IMG/VR virus record: IMGVR_UViG_3300016472_000494
Direction: 5' to 3' (one strand)
Origin: a virus
Lineage: Duplodnaviria; Heunggongvirae; Uroviricota; Caudoviricetes
Length of the DNA: 64,000 bases
In this document: positions 53,545-63,372 of the stretch, one piece after another
How the letters are laid out: each line of letters opens with the position of its first letter
Numbering within the stretch: position 1 is the first letter of the stretch
Notes under the pieces: model-generated
What the model was told of the DNA's origin: nothing
Seen by the model: only the letters and a program-made list of their open reading frames with translations
Databases searched by the model: none
Program-made: the position numbers and the translations under genes

Positions 53545-54389
53545 GCATACTCTTTGAACCCTCTACACACAGTTACACATCTTTAGACCCTCAGGATACT
53601 ACTCAATGGGTCAGTGTTACCACCCTTTTGGGCGCACTCAAGCAACCTTTTGATGGTAAGAATGTCGCCACTAAGAGCGCCACTAACAAGCGCTCCAAGT
53701 GGTTTGGCATGACACCAGAGCAGATTCAGCAGATCTGGAAAAAGGAAGCTGATCGTGCTTGTAATTTAGGCAACTGGTACCATGACCAGCGCGAGCGTGA
53801 CATTCTGGGCTGCCAGACCATTGTGCGTTATGATACAGAGTTGCCAGTGATTCGTCCTATGCAAGATGAGACAGGTAAAAAAATAGCACCTTCTCAGAAA
53901 CTTATTGACGGTATTTATCCTGAACACATGGTTTACCTGCGCTCTGCAGGCATCTGTGGACAAAGCGATCTGGTAGAAGTGGCTAATGGCCAGGTGTTTA
54001 TAACAGACTACAAGACCAATAAAGAGATCAAGACAGAAAGCTTTAAGAACTGGGAGGGTGTTTCTAAAAAGATGCACATGCCGGTGTCTCACTTGGATGA
54101 CTGCAATCTGAACCACTACACGCTGCAGCTTTCTATTTACATGTACATGATTCTTAAGCATAATCCTACACTAAAACCAGGCAAGCTTACCATTCATCAC
54201 ATTCTTTTTGAAGAAGAGGACCACAAGGACGAGTATGGATATCCTTTGCTAAAGACCAATACTGATGGTGATTTTATCATCCGCGATATTGTGCCTTATG
54301 AACTGCCTTACCTTAAAGACGAAGTGCTGGCAATCATGACATGGTATAAAGACAATCAGAATAAGGTGCTTAAAACCGAAAAATCATGA
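53541..54389 (+). CDS. PD-(D/E)XK nuclease, Cas4 / RecB-family-like
   Basis: 282 aa; motif II-III ITDYKTNK (D-x-K) and QLSIYMY (QxxxY); upstream of the terminase gene. Confidence 0.45.
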   Translation: MSILFEPSTHSYTSLDPQDTTQWVSVTTLLGALKQPFDGKNVATKSATNKRSKWFGMTPEQIQQIWKKEADRACNLGNWYHDQRERDILGCQTIVRYDTELPVIRPMQDETGKKIAPSQKLIDGIYPEHMVYLRSAGICGQSDLVEVANGQVFITDYKTNKEIKTESFKNWEGVSKKMHMPVSHLDDCNLNHYTLQLSIYMYMILKHNPTLKPGKLTIHHILFEEEDHKDEYGYPLLKTNTDGDFIIRDIVPYELPYLKDEVLAIMTWYKDNQNKVLKTEKS

Positions 54390-54901
54390 TCAAGCTATTT
54401 GACATAGAAAACGGGAGGATTGTTCCCTCTGAACACTGCTTTACGCTTACACTGCTTAAACAGATTATGAAGGACTATCCTGAAGATTACATGGACGTGT
54501 ACGCGTATTTGTTCTACATGAGCTGTCCCAACCCTGACCTGAACCCTTTCTTTGACGTTCCTGAAAACGAAAAAGAAGAGCTGATCCTTTCACAGCTTAA
54601 TGTCACTTTTTCTGTAGAAGACGAGCTAATCTTGCAGGCACTTACTTTTTGCAAGAAGCTGTATGAAACACCCACCTATCGTGCATTTATGGGCATCAAG
54701 CACATGTTGGACCGTCTTGCACGCTACATGGAGACCACCACTATTGAGCATGGTCGCGATGGCAACATTAACTCCTTAGTCAATGCAGCTGCCAAGTTTG
54801 AGCAGATCCGCCTGTCTTTCAAAGGTGCCTACAAAGACCTTATGGAAGAGCAGAAGTCTCAGGTTAGAGGTGGACAGCACATTGCATACGACCAGGGTTA
54901 A
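54386..54901 (+). CDS. hypothetical protein
   Basis: 171 aa. Confidence 0.45.
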   Translation: MIKLFDIENGRIVPSEHCFTLTLLKQIMKDYPEDYMDVYAYLFYMSCPNPDLNPFFDVPENEKEELILSQLNVTFSVEDELILQALTFCKKLYETPTYRAFMGIKHMLDRLARYMETTTIEHGRDGNINSLVNAAAKFEQIRLSFKGAYKDLMEEQKSQVRGGQHIAYDQG

Positions 54902-54919
54902 ACCAAAAACCAAACTATC

Positions 54920-55135
54920 ATGACCGCAGAAATTCTTTACGACTGGGTGTTTCACTACAACCACTTTACCAACCAATGGGCAGCCTACCACCGCGATGAC
55001 CACAGGGCTTACTTCAATGCAGAAACTTCAGTGCATCCCATCTTTAAACACAAGGACGTAAAAGTTCTTGTAAAGCACCTTGTCAAAAGCAATGGTGACC
55101 CTGCGCTGCTTATGAGTTTTTCCCCTAAAAAATAA
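54920..55135 (+). CDS. hypothetical protein
   Basis: 71 aa; its stop overlaps the start of the next gene. Confidence 0.35.
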   Translation: MTAEILYDWVFHYNHFTNQWAAYHRDDHRAYFNAETSVHPIFKHKDVKVLVKHLVKSNGDPALLMSFSPKK

Positions 55136-57333
55136 TGTACATCAAGGTTCCCACATACACTGCTGCTACAGACACATGGTCGCACACTGAGTTTGCGTCC
55201 AGGGATGCGTTTGTGGAGTTTTTGTGGAGTATGTTCAAAGAACCAGGTCAATACAACTTTGACAAGACCTGTGAGATGTTCAATCAGCAGGCCAGGCTTT
55301 TCAACAAGTATAAAGTTTACTGTACAGCGCCCAGTCGCAGCAAAGACTTTGTTTACTACTGGGACACCCAGAAAGAACGCTGCCGCAACGGGGTGATCAT
55401 ACATGGTCCTAAGAACACCTGGTATCTGACCAGATATTACTACATGTGGCTGAACTTTATGCCTATCTACAACAAAGAGGTGGGCAAGTTCACCTTTGCT
55501 GACGTGCGTGATGCGCAGTACCACATGGCCCTGTATGAAGACATTGCCAAGCACAGCTACAAACATTGCGCGATTCTAAAGAAGCGACAGATTGCCTCTT
55601 CTTACTATCACGCTGCCAAGATTATCAATCTGTACTGGTTTGAAGAAGGTGCTGTCAACAAGATGGCAGGTTCTCTAAAAGACTACATCAACGAAAAAGG
55701 TACCTGGAGGTTTTTGGAAGAGTACCGCAACTTCTTGAACAGCCACACTGGTTGGTACCGTCCCTCCAATCCTGACAAAGTACTCAACTGGGAACAGAAA
55801 ATTGAGGTAAACCAAGGTGGCAAGAAGCGTGACGTGGGCTTAAAGTCTGTTGTCTTTGGTCTTGCACTGGAGAAAGACCCTACCAATGGTGTTGGTGGTC
55901 CCTGTACTTTTTTCTTTCATGAGGAAGCAGGTATTGCCCCGCGCATGAATGAGACCATAGAGTACCTGCTACCTGCCATGAAATCAGGTATGATCTATAC
56001 AGGGATGTTTGTGGCGGCAGGTTCTGTGGGTGACCTGGAGCAGTGTGAACCGCTAAAGGAACTAATCTTAAACCCAGACTCTAAAGATGTACTGGCAGTA
56101 GAGACCAACCTAGTCAATGAAGCCGGTGAGATTGCCAAGTGTGGGTTGTTTATACCTGAGCAGTGGAGTATGCAGCCTTGCATTGATGAGTATGGAAACT
56201 CCCAGGTAGAAAAAGCCCTGGAGATGATTCTTGCAGAAAGACTTGAGTGGAAAAAGAAACTTAAGCCTGATGACTATCAGCTCAGGATCTCTCAGAAACC
56301 TATTAATATTGAAGAAGCGTTTGCTTACCGCAAAGTCTCCAAGTTTCCGCTAGCACTGGTCAGTCGCCAGGTACGCAGGATTGAGGATGGCGAATATCAT
56401 AGGGAATTTGTAGAATTGTACAGAGATGATACTGGCAAGGTTACAACACGTGACTCACGCAAGCTGCCTATCTCAGAGTTTCCAGTATCTCCTAAAACCC
56501 AGGACAAAGAAGGTGTGGTGGTCTTGTATGAGCGTCCTGTAAAGGATCCTCAGTTTGGTATGTACTACGCGTCTATTGACCCTGTCAGCGAAGGAAAGAC
56601 TACGACTTCTGAGTCGCTCTGCTCCATATTTGTCTACAAGACCGCGCAGGAGATTACTAAACACAAGATGGACGGCTCCATTGAGCAGCACATTGAGCGC
56701 GATGGTATTGTAGCGTCATGGTGCGGCAGGTTTGATGACCTTACTAAAACCCATGAGCGTCTGGAAATGCTCATTGAATACTACAATGCATGGACCATTG
56801 TAGAGAACAACGTCAGCTTGTTTATACAGTACATGATCTCCAGGCGCAAACAACGCTATCTGGTTCCCAAAAACCAGATCCTGTTTCTAAAAGAGCTGCA
56901 AAGCAACACCAACGTCTTCCAGGAGTATGGTTGGCGCAACGTGGGAACAATCTTTAAAACCAACCTGATCTCCTACGCAATCCAGTTTTTGGAAGAGCAG
57001 TTGGACGTAGAGACCAAGCCTAATGGAGAGATTGTCAAGACTACCTATGGCATTGAGCGCATCCCTGACATCATGCTGCTAAAAGAGATGGCAGCGTATC
57101 GCGATGGACTAAACGTGGACAGACTGGTGGCTTTTTGTGCGCTGGTGGCTTTTGCAAAGGTGCAGGAATCTAATAGAGGATACTCTAAGCGTGTAGAACG
57201 TGAAGATTCTAATTTGGATAACTCTAAAAAACATGCTAAATTAAGAGTGACCCCTTTCCGTCATATGGGAAACGTTCACAACTCCTCTACTATGGTTAAG
57301 GTTCCCAGAAGCCCTTTTAAAAACATGAGGTGA
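55135..57333 (+). CDS. terminase large subunit (candidate; deviant Walker A)
   Basis: 732 aa; ATPase-region KHCAILKKRQIASS (KxRQxxxS in the usual Walker-A position but lacking GK), Walker-B-like CTFFFHEEAG, nuclease-domain start YASIDPVSEGKTTTSESLCSIFVY typical of TerL RNaseH-fold domains. Confidence 0.5.
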   Translation: MYIKVPTYTAATDTWSHTEFASRDAFVEFLWSMFKEPGQYNFDKTCEMFNQQARLFNKYKVYCTAPSRSKDFVYYWDTQKERCRNGVIIHGPKNTWYLTRYYYMWLNFMPIYNKEVGKFTFADVRDAQYHMALYEDIAKHSYKHCAILKKRQIASSYYHAAKIINLYWFEEGAVNKMAGSLKDYINEKGTWRFLEEYRNFLNSHTGWYRPSNPDKVLNWEQKIEVNQGGKKRDVGLKSVVFGLALEKDPTNGVGGPCTFFFHEEAGIAPRMNETIEYLLPAMKSGMIYTGMFVAAGSVGDLEQCEPLKELILNPDSKDVLAVETNLVNEAGEIAKCGLFIPEQWSMQPCIDEYGNSQVEKALEMILAERLEWKKKLKPDDYQLRISQKPINIEEAFAYRKVSKFPLALVSRQVRRIEDGEYHREFVELYRDDTGKVTTRDSRKLPISEFPVSPKTQDKEGVVVLYERPVKDPQFGMYYASIDPVSEGKTTTSESLCSIFVYKTAQEITKHKMDGSIEQHIERDGIVASWCGRFDDLTKTHERLEMLIEYYNAWTIVENNVSLFIQYMISRRKQRYLVPKNQILFLKELQSNTNVFQEYGWRNVGTIFKTNLISYAIQFLEEQLDVETKPNGEIVKTTYGIERIPDIMLLKEMAAYRDGLNVDRLVAFCALVAFAKVQESNRGYSKRVEREDSNLDNSKKHAKLRVTPFRHMGNVHNSSTMVKVPRSPFKNMR

Positions 57334-57353
57334 GGACTTAACTGAAAATAATT

Positions 57354-60083
57354 ATGCCTAAAGTATACAACGCACTACAGCTCAAGAATGGAGCTAAGGT
57401 AGACCATAACAGAATGGGCACCTTGACCCAACCTGTGCAGTTTTTGAACAGAAAAGACAAAGACGAAGCATGGGGCGCGTGGAACATGGACTGGTTGGAA
57501 ATGCAAGGTCTCAAGCAGATTCGCAGAAACGCCCGCCGGCTCTTGAAAAACTACAAGCTGGCTAATGGTATCATTGACAAGACAGACTACATTGTAGAAG
57601 AAGACAATGAAGTAGCAGATTTGATTGACGTGTTGACCAAACAAGATGAGTCAGCTTTTGAACTAAAGTTTTTTCCCATCATTCCCAACGTTATCAACGT
57701 AATGTGTGGGGAGTTTGCTAAGCGCAATGACAAGATCACCTATAGAGCAGTAGATGATCTGTCTTATAATGAAATGATGGAAGCTAAGCGAATGATGGTG
57801 GAGGAAGTTCTGGTGCGCCAGGCGGAGGTCAAGATGCAACAGACCATTGAGGCCATGGGTCTGAACATGGAAGATGAAGAGCAGGCTGCTCAGGCACAGC
57901 AAATGATGTCGCCAGAAAGCCTCAGGTCTCTGCCAGAAATTGAGGAGTTCTTCAAGAAAGATTACCGTTCCATGGTAGAGGAATGGGCTACACACCAGCA
58001 TGAGGTAGACGAAGAGCGTTTTACCATGAAAGAGTTAGAGAACCTTGCTTTTAAAGACATGCTCATTGCTGATCGCGAGTTCTGGCATTTTAAGATGAAT
58101 GAAGATGATTACGAGGTGGAGCTTTGGAACCCAGTGCTTACTTTTTACCACAAGTCTCCTGAGGCCAGGTACATATCACAGTCAAACTGGGTAGGCCGTG
58201 TGGATCTGATGACGATTGCTGACGTCATTGACAAATATGGTTACATGATGACAGACGAGGAGCTTGCTTCTTTAGAGGCGATCTACCCTGTACATTCAGC
58301 GGGTTATCTGATCCCAGGACTGCAAAATGATGGTTCTTTTTATGATGCTACACGTTCTCATGAATGGAATACACAAGGTCCATCTTTAGGAATGCGGCAG
58401 TTTTTAAGTGCGCGTGATTCATTTATGAACACTGGCGATGATATCATCATGAAAATTGTAAATGAGTCTGAAAGTGTTCAAGATTTTCAAGACATCAGTC
58501 TTCTCAGAGTTACGACTTGCTACTGGAAAAGCCAGCGTATGGTGGGTCATCTTTCTAAAGTAGACGAGAATGGTGAGCTTACTGATATGATTGTTAATGA
58601 GAACTACAAGATTACCACTAAACCCCTGTATGACACTTCAGTACTTAAGAAAAAAAGTCGTGAGAACCTTGTTTTTGGTGAACATGTTGATTGGATATGG
58701 ATTAATGAAGTGTGGGGAGGCACTAAGGTTGGCCCCAACAGACCTGCATTCTTTGGCAATAATGACACTTTTGGATTTCAGCCACTGTATCTAAACGTAA
58801 AACCCTTGCGCTTTCAGTTTAAGGGTGACTTTACGTTGTATGGCTGCAAGTTGCCGGTGGAAGGTGCTGTGTTTACAGAACGCAACACCAAGTCTATGTC
58901 ATTGGTAGACAAGATGAAACCCTACCAGATTGGATACAACCTTGTCAACAACCAAATTGCTGACATTTTGATTGACGAGCTTGGCACAGTAATTATGCTG
59001 GATCAGAACGCTTTACCACGTCACTCCATGGGAGAGGACTGGGGCAAAAACAACTACGCTAAAGCGTATGTGGCTATGAAAAACTTTCAGATGTTGCCGC
59101 TAGACACATCTATTACCAACACAGAAAACGCAGTGAACTTTCAGCACTACCAGGTTCTTGACCTTGAGCAGACGAAGCGCCTGATGTCAAGGGTACAACT
59201 GGCTAGCTACTTTAAGAACCAGTGCTTTGAGTCTATAGGTATTTCGCAGCAGCGTCTAGGTGCAGTAAACGCACAGGAAACTGCTCAGGGTATTGAGCAG
59301 GCTATTAACATGAGCTACTCACAGACAGAGGTGTATTTTACGCAGCACTCTGAATACCTAATGCCGCGCGTACATCAGATGCGCACAGATCTTTCACAGT
59401 ACTATCACTCTAATCGTCCTTCACTGCGTTTGCAGTATGTGACATCTATGGATGAAAAGGTAAACTTTCAGATGAATGGCACAGAATTACTGGCCCGCGA
59501 TCTGAATATTTTTATCTCTACCAAGGTTAACCAGCGCCAGGTTATCGAACAGATCAGAAGTCTTGCCATCAACAACAACACTTCTGGTGCTTCTATCTAT
59601 GATTTGGGTAACATTGTCAAGGCTGACTCCATGGCTGAAATTACCCACGTCATGAAAGGTATTGAAGAGAAAACTACCAGGGCCAAGATGCAGGAAACAG
59701 AAGCCTTGCAGCAAACAGAACAGATGCGTCAACAAGCTGAAACAGAGCGTCTTGAAGCTAAGTTACGTTTTGAAGCTGAGCAAAACGCGCTGGATCGTGA
59801 GACTCAAGAGCGCGTTGCAGAAATCAGAGCTGCAGGCTACACTGCAATGAACGATCGCGACATGAACCAGCAGAACGACTACATTGACACTTTGGAATAT
59901 CTTGACAAGAAAAACGCAAAAGAAACTGATCAGGCCATTGCCAGAGATCGCGAGTTAAATCGCACTGTTACAGAACAGAAAAAACTAGAGCTTAAGCGTC
60001 AAGAATTACTCTCTAAAGAGCGCATTGCTGAGAAAGAATTGCAAGTTGCGCGTACTAATAAAAACAAATATGACAAAAAGTAA
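57354..60083 (+). CDS. portal protein candidate (by size and position) with C-terminal coiled coil
   Basis: 909 aa immediately after the TerL candidate; C-terminal ~120 aa Glu/Gln/Arg-rich coiled coil. Confidence 0.4.
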   Translation: MPKVYNALQLKNGAKVDHNRMGTLTQPVQFLNRKDKDEAWGAWNMDWLEMQGLKQIRRNARRLLKNYKLANGIIDKTDYIVEEDNEVADLIDVLTKQDESAFELKFFPIIPNVINVMCGEFAKRNDKITYRAVDDLSYNEMMEAKRMMVEEVLVRQAEVKMQQTIEAMGLNMEDEEQAAQAQQMMSPESLRSLPEIEEFFKKDYRSMVEEWATHQHEVDEERFTMKELENLAFKDMLIADREFWHFKMNEDDYEVELWNPVLTFYHKSPEARYISQSNWVGRVDLMTIADVIDKYGYMMTDEELASLEAIYPVHSAGYLIPGLQNDGSFYDATRSHEWNTQGPSLGMRQFLSARDSFMNTGDDIIMKIVNESESVQDFQDISLLRVTTCYWKSQRMVGHLSKVDENGELTDMIVNENYKITTKPLYDTSVLKKKSRENLVFGEHVDWIWINEVWGGTKVGPNRPAFFGNNDTFGFQPLYLNVKPLRFQFKGDFTLYGCKLPVEGAVFTERNTKSMSLVDKMKPYQIGYNLVNNQIADILIDELGTVIMLDQNALPRHSMGEDWGKNNYAKAYVAMKNFQMLPLDTSITNTENAVNFQHYQVLDLEQTKRLMSRVQLASYFKNQCFESIGISQQRLGAVNAQETAQGIEQAINMSYSQTEVYFTQHSEYLMPRVHQMRTDLSQYYHSNRPSLRLQYVTSMDEKVNFQMNGTELLARDLNIFISTKVNQRQVIEQIRSLAINNNTSGASIYDLGNIVKADSMAEITHVMKGIEEKTTRAKMQETEALQQTEQMRQQAETERLEAKLRFEAEQNALDRETQERVAEIRAAGYTAMNDRDMNQQNDYIDTLEYLDKKNAKETDQAIARDRELNRTVTEQKKLELKRQELLSKERIAEKELQVARTNKNKYDKK

Positions 60084-60202
60084 AAGTACTATAGCGATAT
60101 AGTGCAAAATATTTTATGTCATACATCTGCCAGATGTAAATCTTAGAGGTTTATTTGGTAGATTATATATGAAGAAGAAAAACAACCAACTTAAACCTAC
60201 TT

Positions 60203-61453
60203 ATGGACAGTAACAACCAACAAACATCTGTATCCAGCGTAAGTCTTGACAGTATTGATGATTTTTTACCAATGCCAGGAGCTGAAAGCGTTGTGACCGC
60301 AGATGATGATCAAAGCTCAAAACCAGGATTCTTTTCTAAGGAAGGTTCTCCAGATCTAGGGTTTCTTGATGAAAACCAAAATGATGGTGATGATCCTGAT
60401 GACAAAGAAAAAACCCCAAATGCTGCAACAACTCAAGCAGCCATTGCTGAGTTAGACGCAGATTTGGAAGATGATGACGAGGGTTTTGCTTCTAAGCAGA
60501 AGCCTGGTCGCAAAAAGATTGACAAAAGCGGGCTGGTAGAAACATTCTCCAAGCTTTTTGAAGAAGGCATACTAGTCCCTTTTGAAGATGACAAACCACT
60601 GGAGGAATACTCTGTAAAGGATTGGAAAGAGTTGATCTCTGCCAACCTGGAAGAAAGAGAGAAATCTCTGAGAGAACAGACTCCAAAAGAGTTCTTTGAA
60701 TCGTTACCTCAAGAGTTGCAGTATGCTGCAGAATATGTAGCAAAGGGCGGCACTGACATCAAGGGGTTGTTTAGAGCACTTGCTCAGACTGAGGAAGTGC
60801 GTGAACTTAACCCTGCGGCACCTGAGCACCAGGAACTTATTGTAAGACAATACTTACAAGCCACTGGATTTGGCAATGGTGACGCAGAACTGATGGAAGA
60901 ACAAGTCCAAGAGTGGTTGGAATCAGGGATCATTGCAAAAAAAGCACAGCAGTTCAAGCCAAAACTTGATGCCATGCAGGAAGAAATGATCCAATCCAAG
61001 CTTCAGCAACAAGAGCAGTTCCGTCAGGAGCAGCAGCGTAAAAAGGAAGAGTACATGGAAAACATCTACAACACCTTAAAACCTGCTGAAGTTAACGGTA
61101 TCAAGCTGGACGCTAAGCGTCAGAAGTTCCTCTGGGAGGAGCTGACAACAGCCAAGTACCAAAGCATGACTGGACGCCCTACAAACCTGTTGGGCAAGCT
61201 CTTAGAAGACCACCAATTTGGAAAAACCCCCCGCTATGACCTTATTGCTGAAACTCTGTGGTTGCTATCTGATCCTGATGATTACAAGGAAAATATCAGA
61301 AGGCAAGCTAAAAACGAGGTGACACAGGACACTGTCAGAAAACTAAAAACTGAAGAAGCACGCAAAATTGCGTCTAACGTCAGAGAAGAGGAAGAAGACA
61401 AAGCACCTGTGAGAAAGATTCCACGACCTGCTGCAAACATTTTTAAACGATAA
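60203..61453 (+). CDS. acidic coiled-coil protein, scaffolding-protein candidate
   Basis: 416 aa; Asp/Glu-rich N-terminus, long Gln/Glu/Lys coiled coil, located between portal-sized and capsid-sized genes. Confidence 0.4.
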   Translation: MDSNNQQTSVSSVSLDSIDDFLPMPGAESVVTADDDQSSKPGFFSKEGSPDLGFLDENQNDGDDPDDKEKTPNAATTQAAIAELDADLEDDDEGFASKQKPGRKKIDKSGLVETFSKLFEEGILVPFEDDKPLEEYSVKDWKELISANLEEREKSLREQTPKEFFESLPQELQYAAEYVAKGGTDIKGLFRALAQTEEVRELNPAAPEHQELIVRQYLQATGFGNGDAELMEEQVQEWLESGIIAKKAQQFKPKLDAMQEEMIQSKLQQQEQFRQEQQRKKEEYMENIYNTLKPAEVNGIKLDAKRQKFLWEELTTAKYQSMTGRPTNLLGKLLEDHQFGKTPRYDLIAETLWLLSDPDDYKENIRRQAKNEVTQDTVRKLKTEEARKIASNVREEEEDKAPVRKIPRPAANIFKR

Positions 61454-61500
61454 CCCGCATATACTAACCCTTTAAATTCACTTTTTAACAACAAAATCCT

Positions 61501-63144
61501 ATGAGCACACCAGTTTTAAACAACGGTCTCTTCCTGCGCGACACTAACTACAAGGTTAGTTCGCACGTGGACAGCTACCACTTGGTGAACATGCTGAAGA
61601 GTGCAGAACCCATGGACTTGGGTCCTGTTGATCTTTGGGCCATGACCCAAAAGGTAGAAATGCCTCTTTACCAGATGGCATCTTTCGGTGGCAAGAACAC
61701 CATCACTGTAGACAACCCTCGTGGTGAATACAAGTGGCAAACCCCAATTGTTCAGGACCTTCCCTACATTGTAGAGGACGTGGAGCCTAGCTTAACATCT
61801 CTTGGTCAAGATGGTACAACCTTCAAGATCAAATTGAATAAGCGCAGCTTTGGTCATGGTGACATCATCACCTATGACAAGTACAAAGGTGCTGAACTTT
61901 ACATTACAGCTGAGGACATTCTTCCTTCTGGCGATGGTTTCGTATACACTGTTCAGTTGGTGAACAACGACAATCAGAAGACTTTGAGCAAAGTGTATCT
62001 TAAGCCTGGCACCAAATTCTTCCGCAAAGGTTCTGCCCGCGGGGAGTATGGTGAGCGTTTCTCTGACATTGGAGAACTGAGCGCTGGCTTCCGCGAGTTC
62101 TACAACTTTGTAGGTGGCGCAGAAGCTCACGTTCACTACTCTGTTTCTAGCCGCGCAGAGCTTATGATGAAAGGTGGCATGAACGCTGATGGTACTGTAC
62201 CTGTTACAGAGATCTGGCGCTCATTTGACGCCAACATTGCCAAAGATCCTTCTTTGACCAACATTGACGCTATGGTGTCTAAGATGGGTAAAGAATACAT
62301 CAAGAAGGCTTATGACTCTGGAACCTTGACTCGTTCTTTTGTCACCAAGATGGAAGCTGCTCACTTGACCAAAATTGCTAATGACATTGAAACATACCTC
62401 ATGTGGGGACAAGGTGGACGCATTAAGCAAGATGGTCCAGACGACATTCGCCTGTCTGTAGGTTTGTGGAGCCAGCTTGACAACTCTTTCAAGCGTATCT
62501 ACAACAAGAGCTCTTTCAACCTTGAGTTGTTCCGCTCTGAGATCTTCAACTTCTACAATGGTAAAGTTGAGTTCAAAGGTCCAGATCCTCAGCGTCAGAT
62601 CATTGTTCAAACTGGCATGGCCGGTATGAAGATGGTCAATGAAGCTATCAAGAAAGAAGCCTTCAACACTGTAGGTGCTGGTTTGGTTGCTAACATTGAC
62701 AAGTCTGGTTTGAACGCTATCAGCGGTAGCAACGCCATGGACCTGAACTTTGGTTTTGCTTTCACCAGCTATACTATTCCTTTCTTGGCAAACGTAAAGT
62801 TTGTGTTGAACCCAGCGTTTGACAACGTACATACCAACGACATTGAGAATCCCATCATTGATGGCTTCCCATTGTCTTCTTACAACTTCATCGTGTTTGA
62901 CATCACTGACAACACCAACGACAACATCTTCTTGCTGAAGTTGAAGTGGGACAGTGAGCTCAAATGGTTCTATCAAAACGGTACCATGGATTACATGGGT
63001 CGTACTCAAGGGTTCGCTTCTTCTGGAAACTTTAATGGATACCGCGTATTCATGACCCAGACTATGCCTTCCATCTGGGTGAAAGACCCTACTAAGGTTC
63101 TTAAGATTGTGATGAGGAACCCCATCACTGGCGGCTCGTTCTAA
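61501..63144 (+). CDS. major capsid protein candidate (by position and size)
   Basis: 547 aa following the scaffold-like gene; followed by two hairpins. Confidence 0.45.
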   Translation: MSTPVLNNGLFLRDTNYKVSSHVDSYHLVNMLKSAEPMDLGPVDLWAMTQKVEMPLYQMASFGGKNTITVDNPRGEYKWQTPIVQDLPYIVEDVEPSLTSLGQDGTTFKIKLNKRSFGHGDIITYDKYKGAELYITAEDILPSGDGFVYTVQLVNNDNQKTLSKVYLKPGTKFFRKGSARGEYGERFSDIGELSAGFREFYNFVGGAEAHVHYSVSSRAELMMKGGMNADGTVPVTEIWRSFDANIAKDPSLTNIDAMVSKMGKEYIKKAYDSGTLTRSFVTKMEAAHLTKIANDIETYLMWGQGGRIKQDGPDDIRLSVGLWSQLDNSFKRIYNKSSFNLELFRSEIFNFYNGKVEFKGPDPQRQIIVQTGMAGMKMVNEAIKKEAFNTVGAGLVANIDKSGLNAISGSNAMDLNFGFAFTSYTIPFLANVKFVLNPAFDNVHTNDIENPIIDGFPLSSYNFIVFDITDNTNDNIFLLKLKWDSELKWFYQNGTMDYMGRTQGFASSGNFNGYRVFMTQTMPSIWVKDPTKVLKIVMRNPITGGSF

Positions 63145-63170
63145 AACGACTGCTGAAGGCGCTATGCAAA

Positions 63171-63200
63171 CCAGGGGGTGAGATTCCCCCTGGTCACTGC
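63171..63200 (+). terminator. hairpin downstream of the capsid-protein candidate
   Basis: ccaggggg(63171-63178) tgagatt ccccctgg(63186-63193); second hairpin cacctgg/ccaggtg at ~63259-63280; weak T-tracts. Confidence 0.4.
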
Positions 63201-63372
63201 ATAAAATAGATGCACATTCCACCTCCCTTGTGCCCCTCTGTAGGTAGCACCTGCAGATCCACCTGGTGTAAAAGCCAGGTGTCCTCCTGAGAGCTGACAA
63301 CCTTGACGTGGTTCAGGAGCTTTTAACCAATAGCCAGCAGAACAGAAACCAAAAACCAACCTTTAAAAACCT

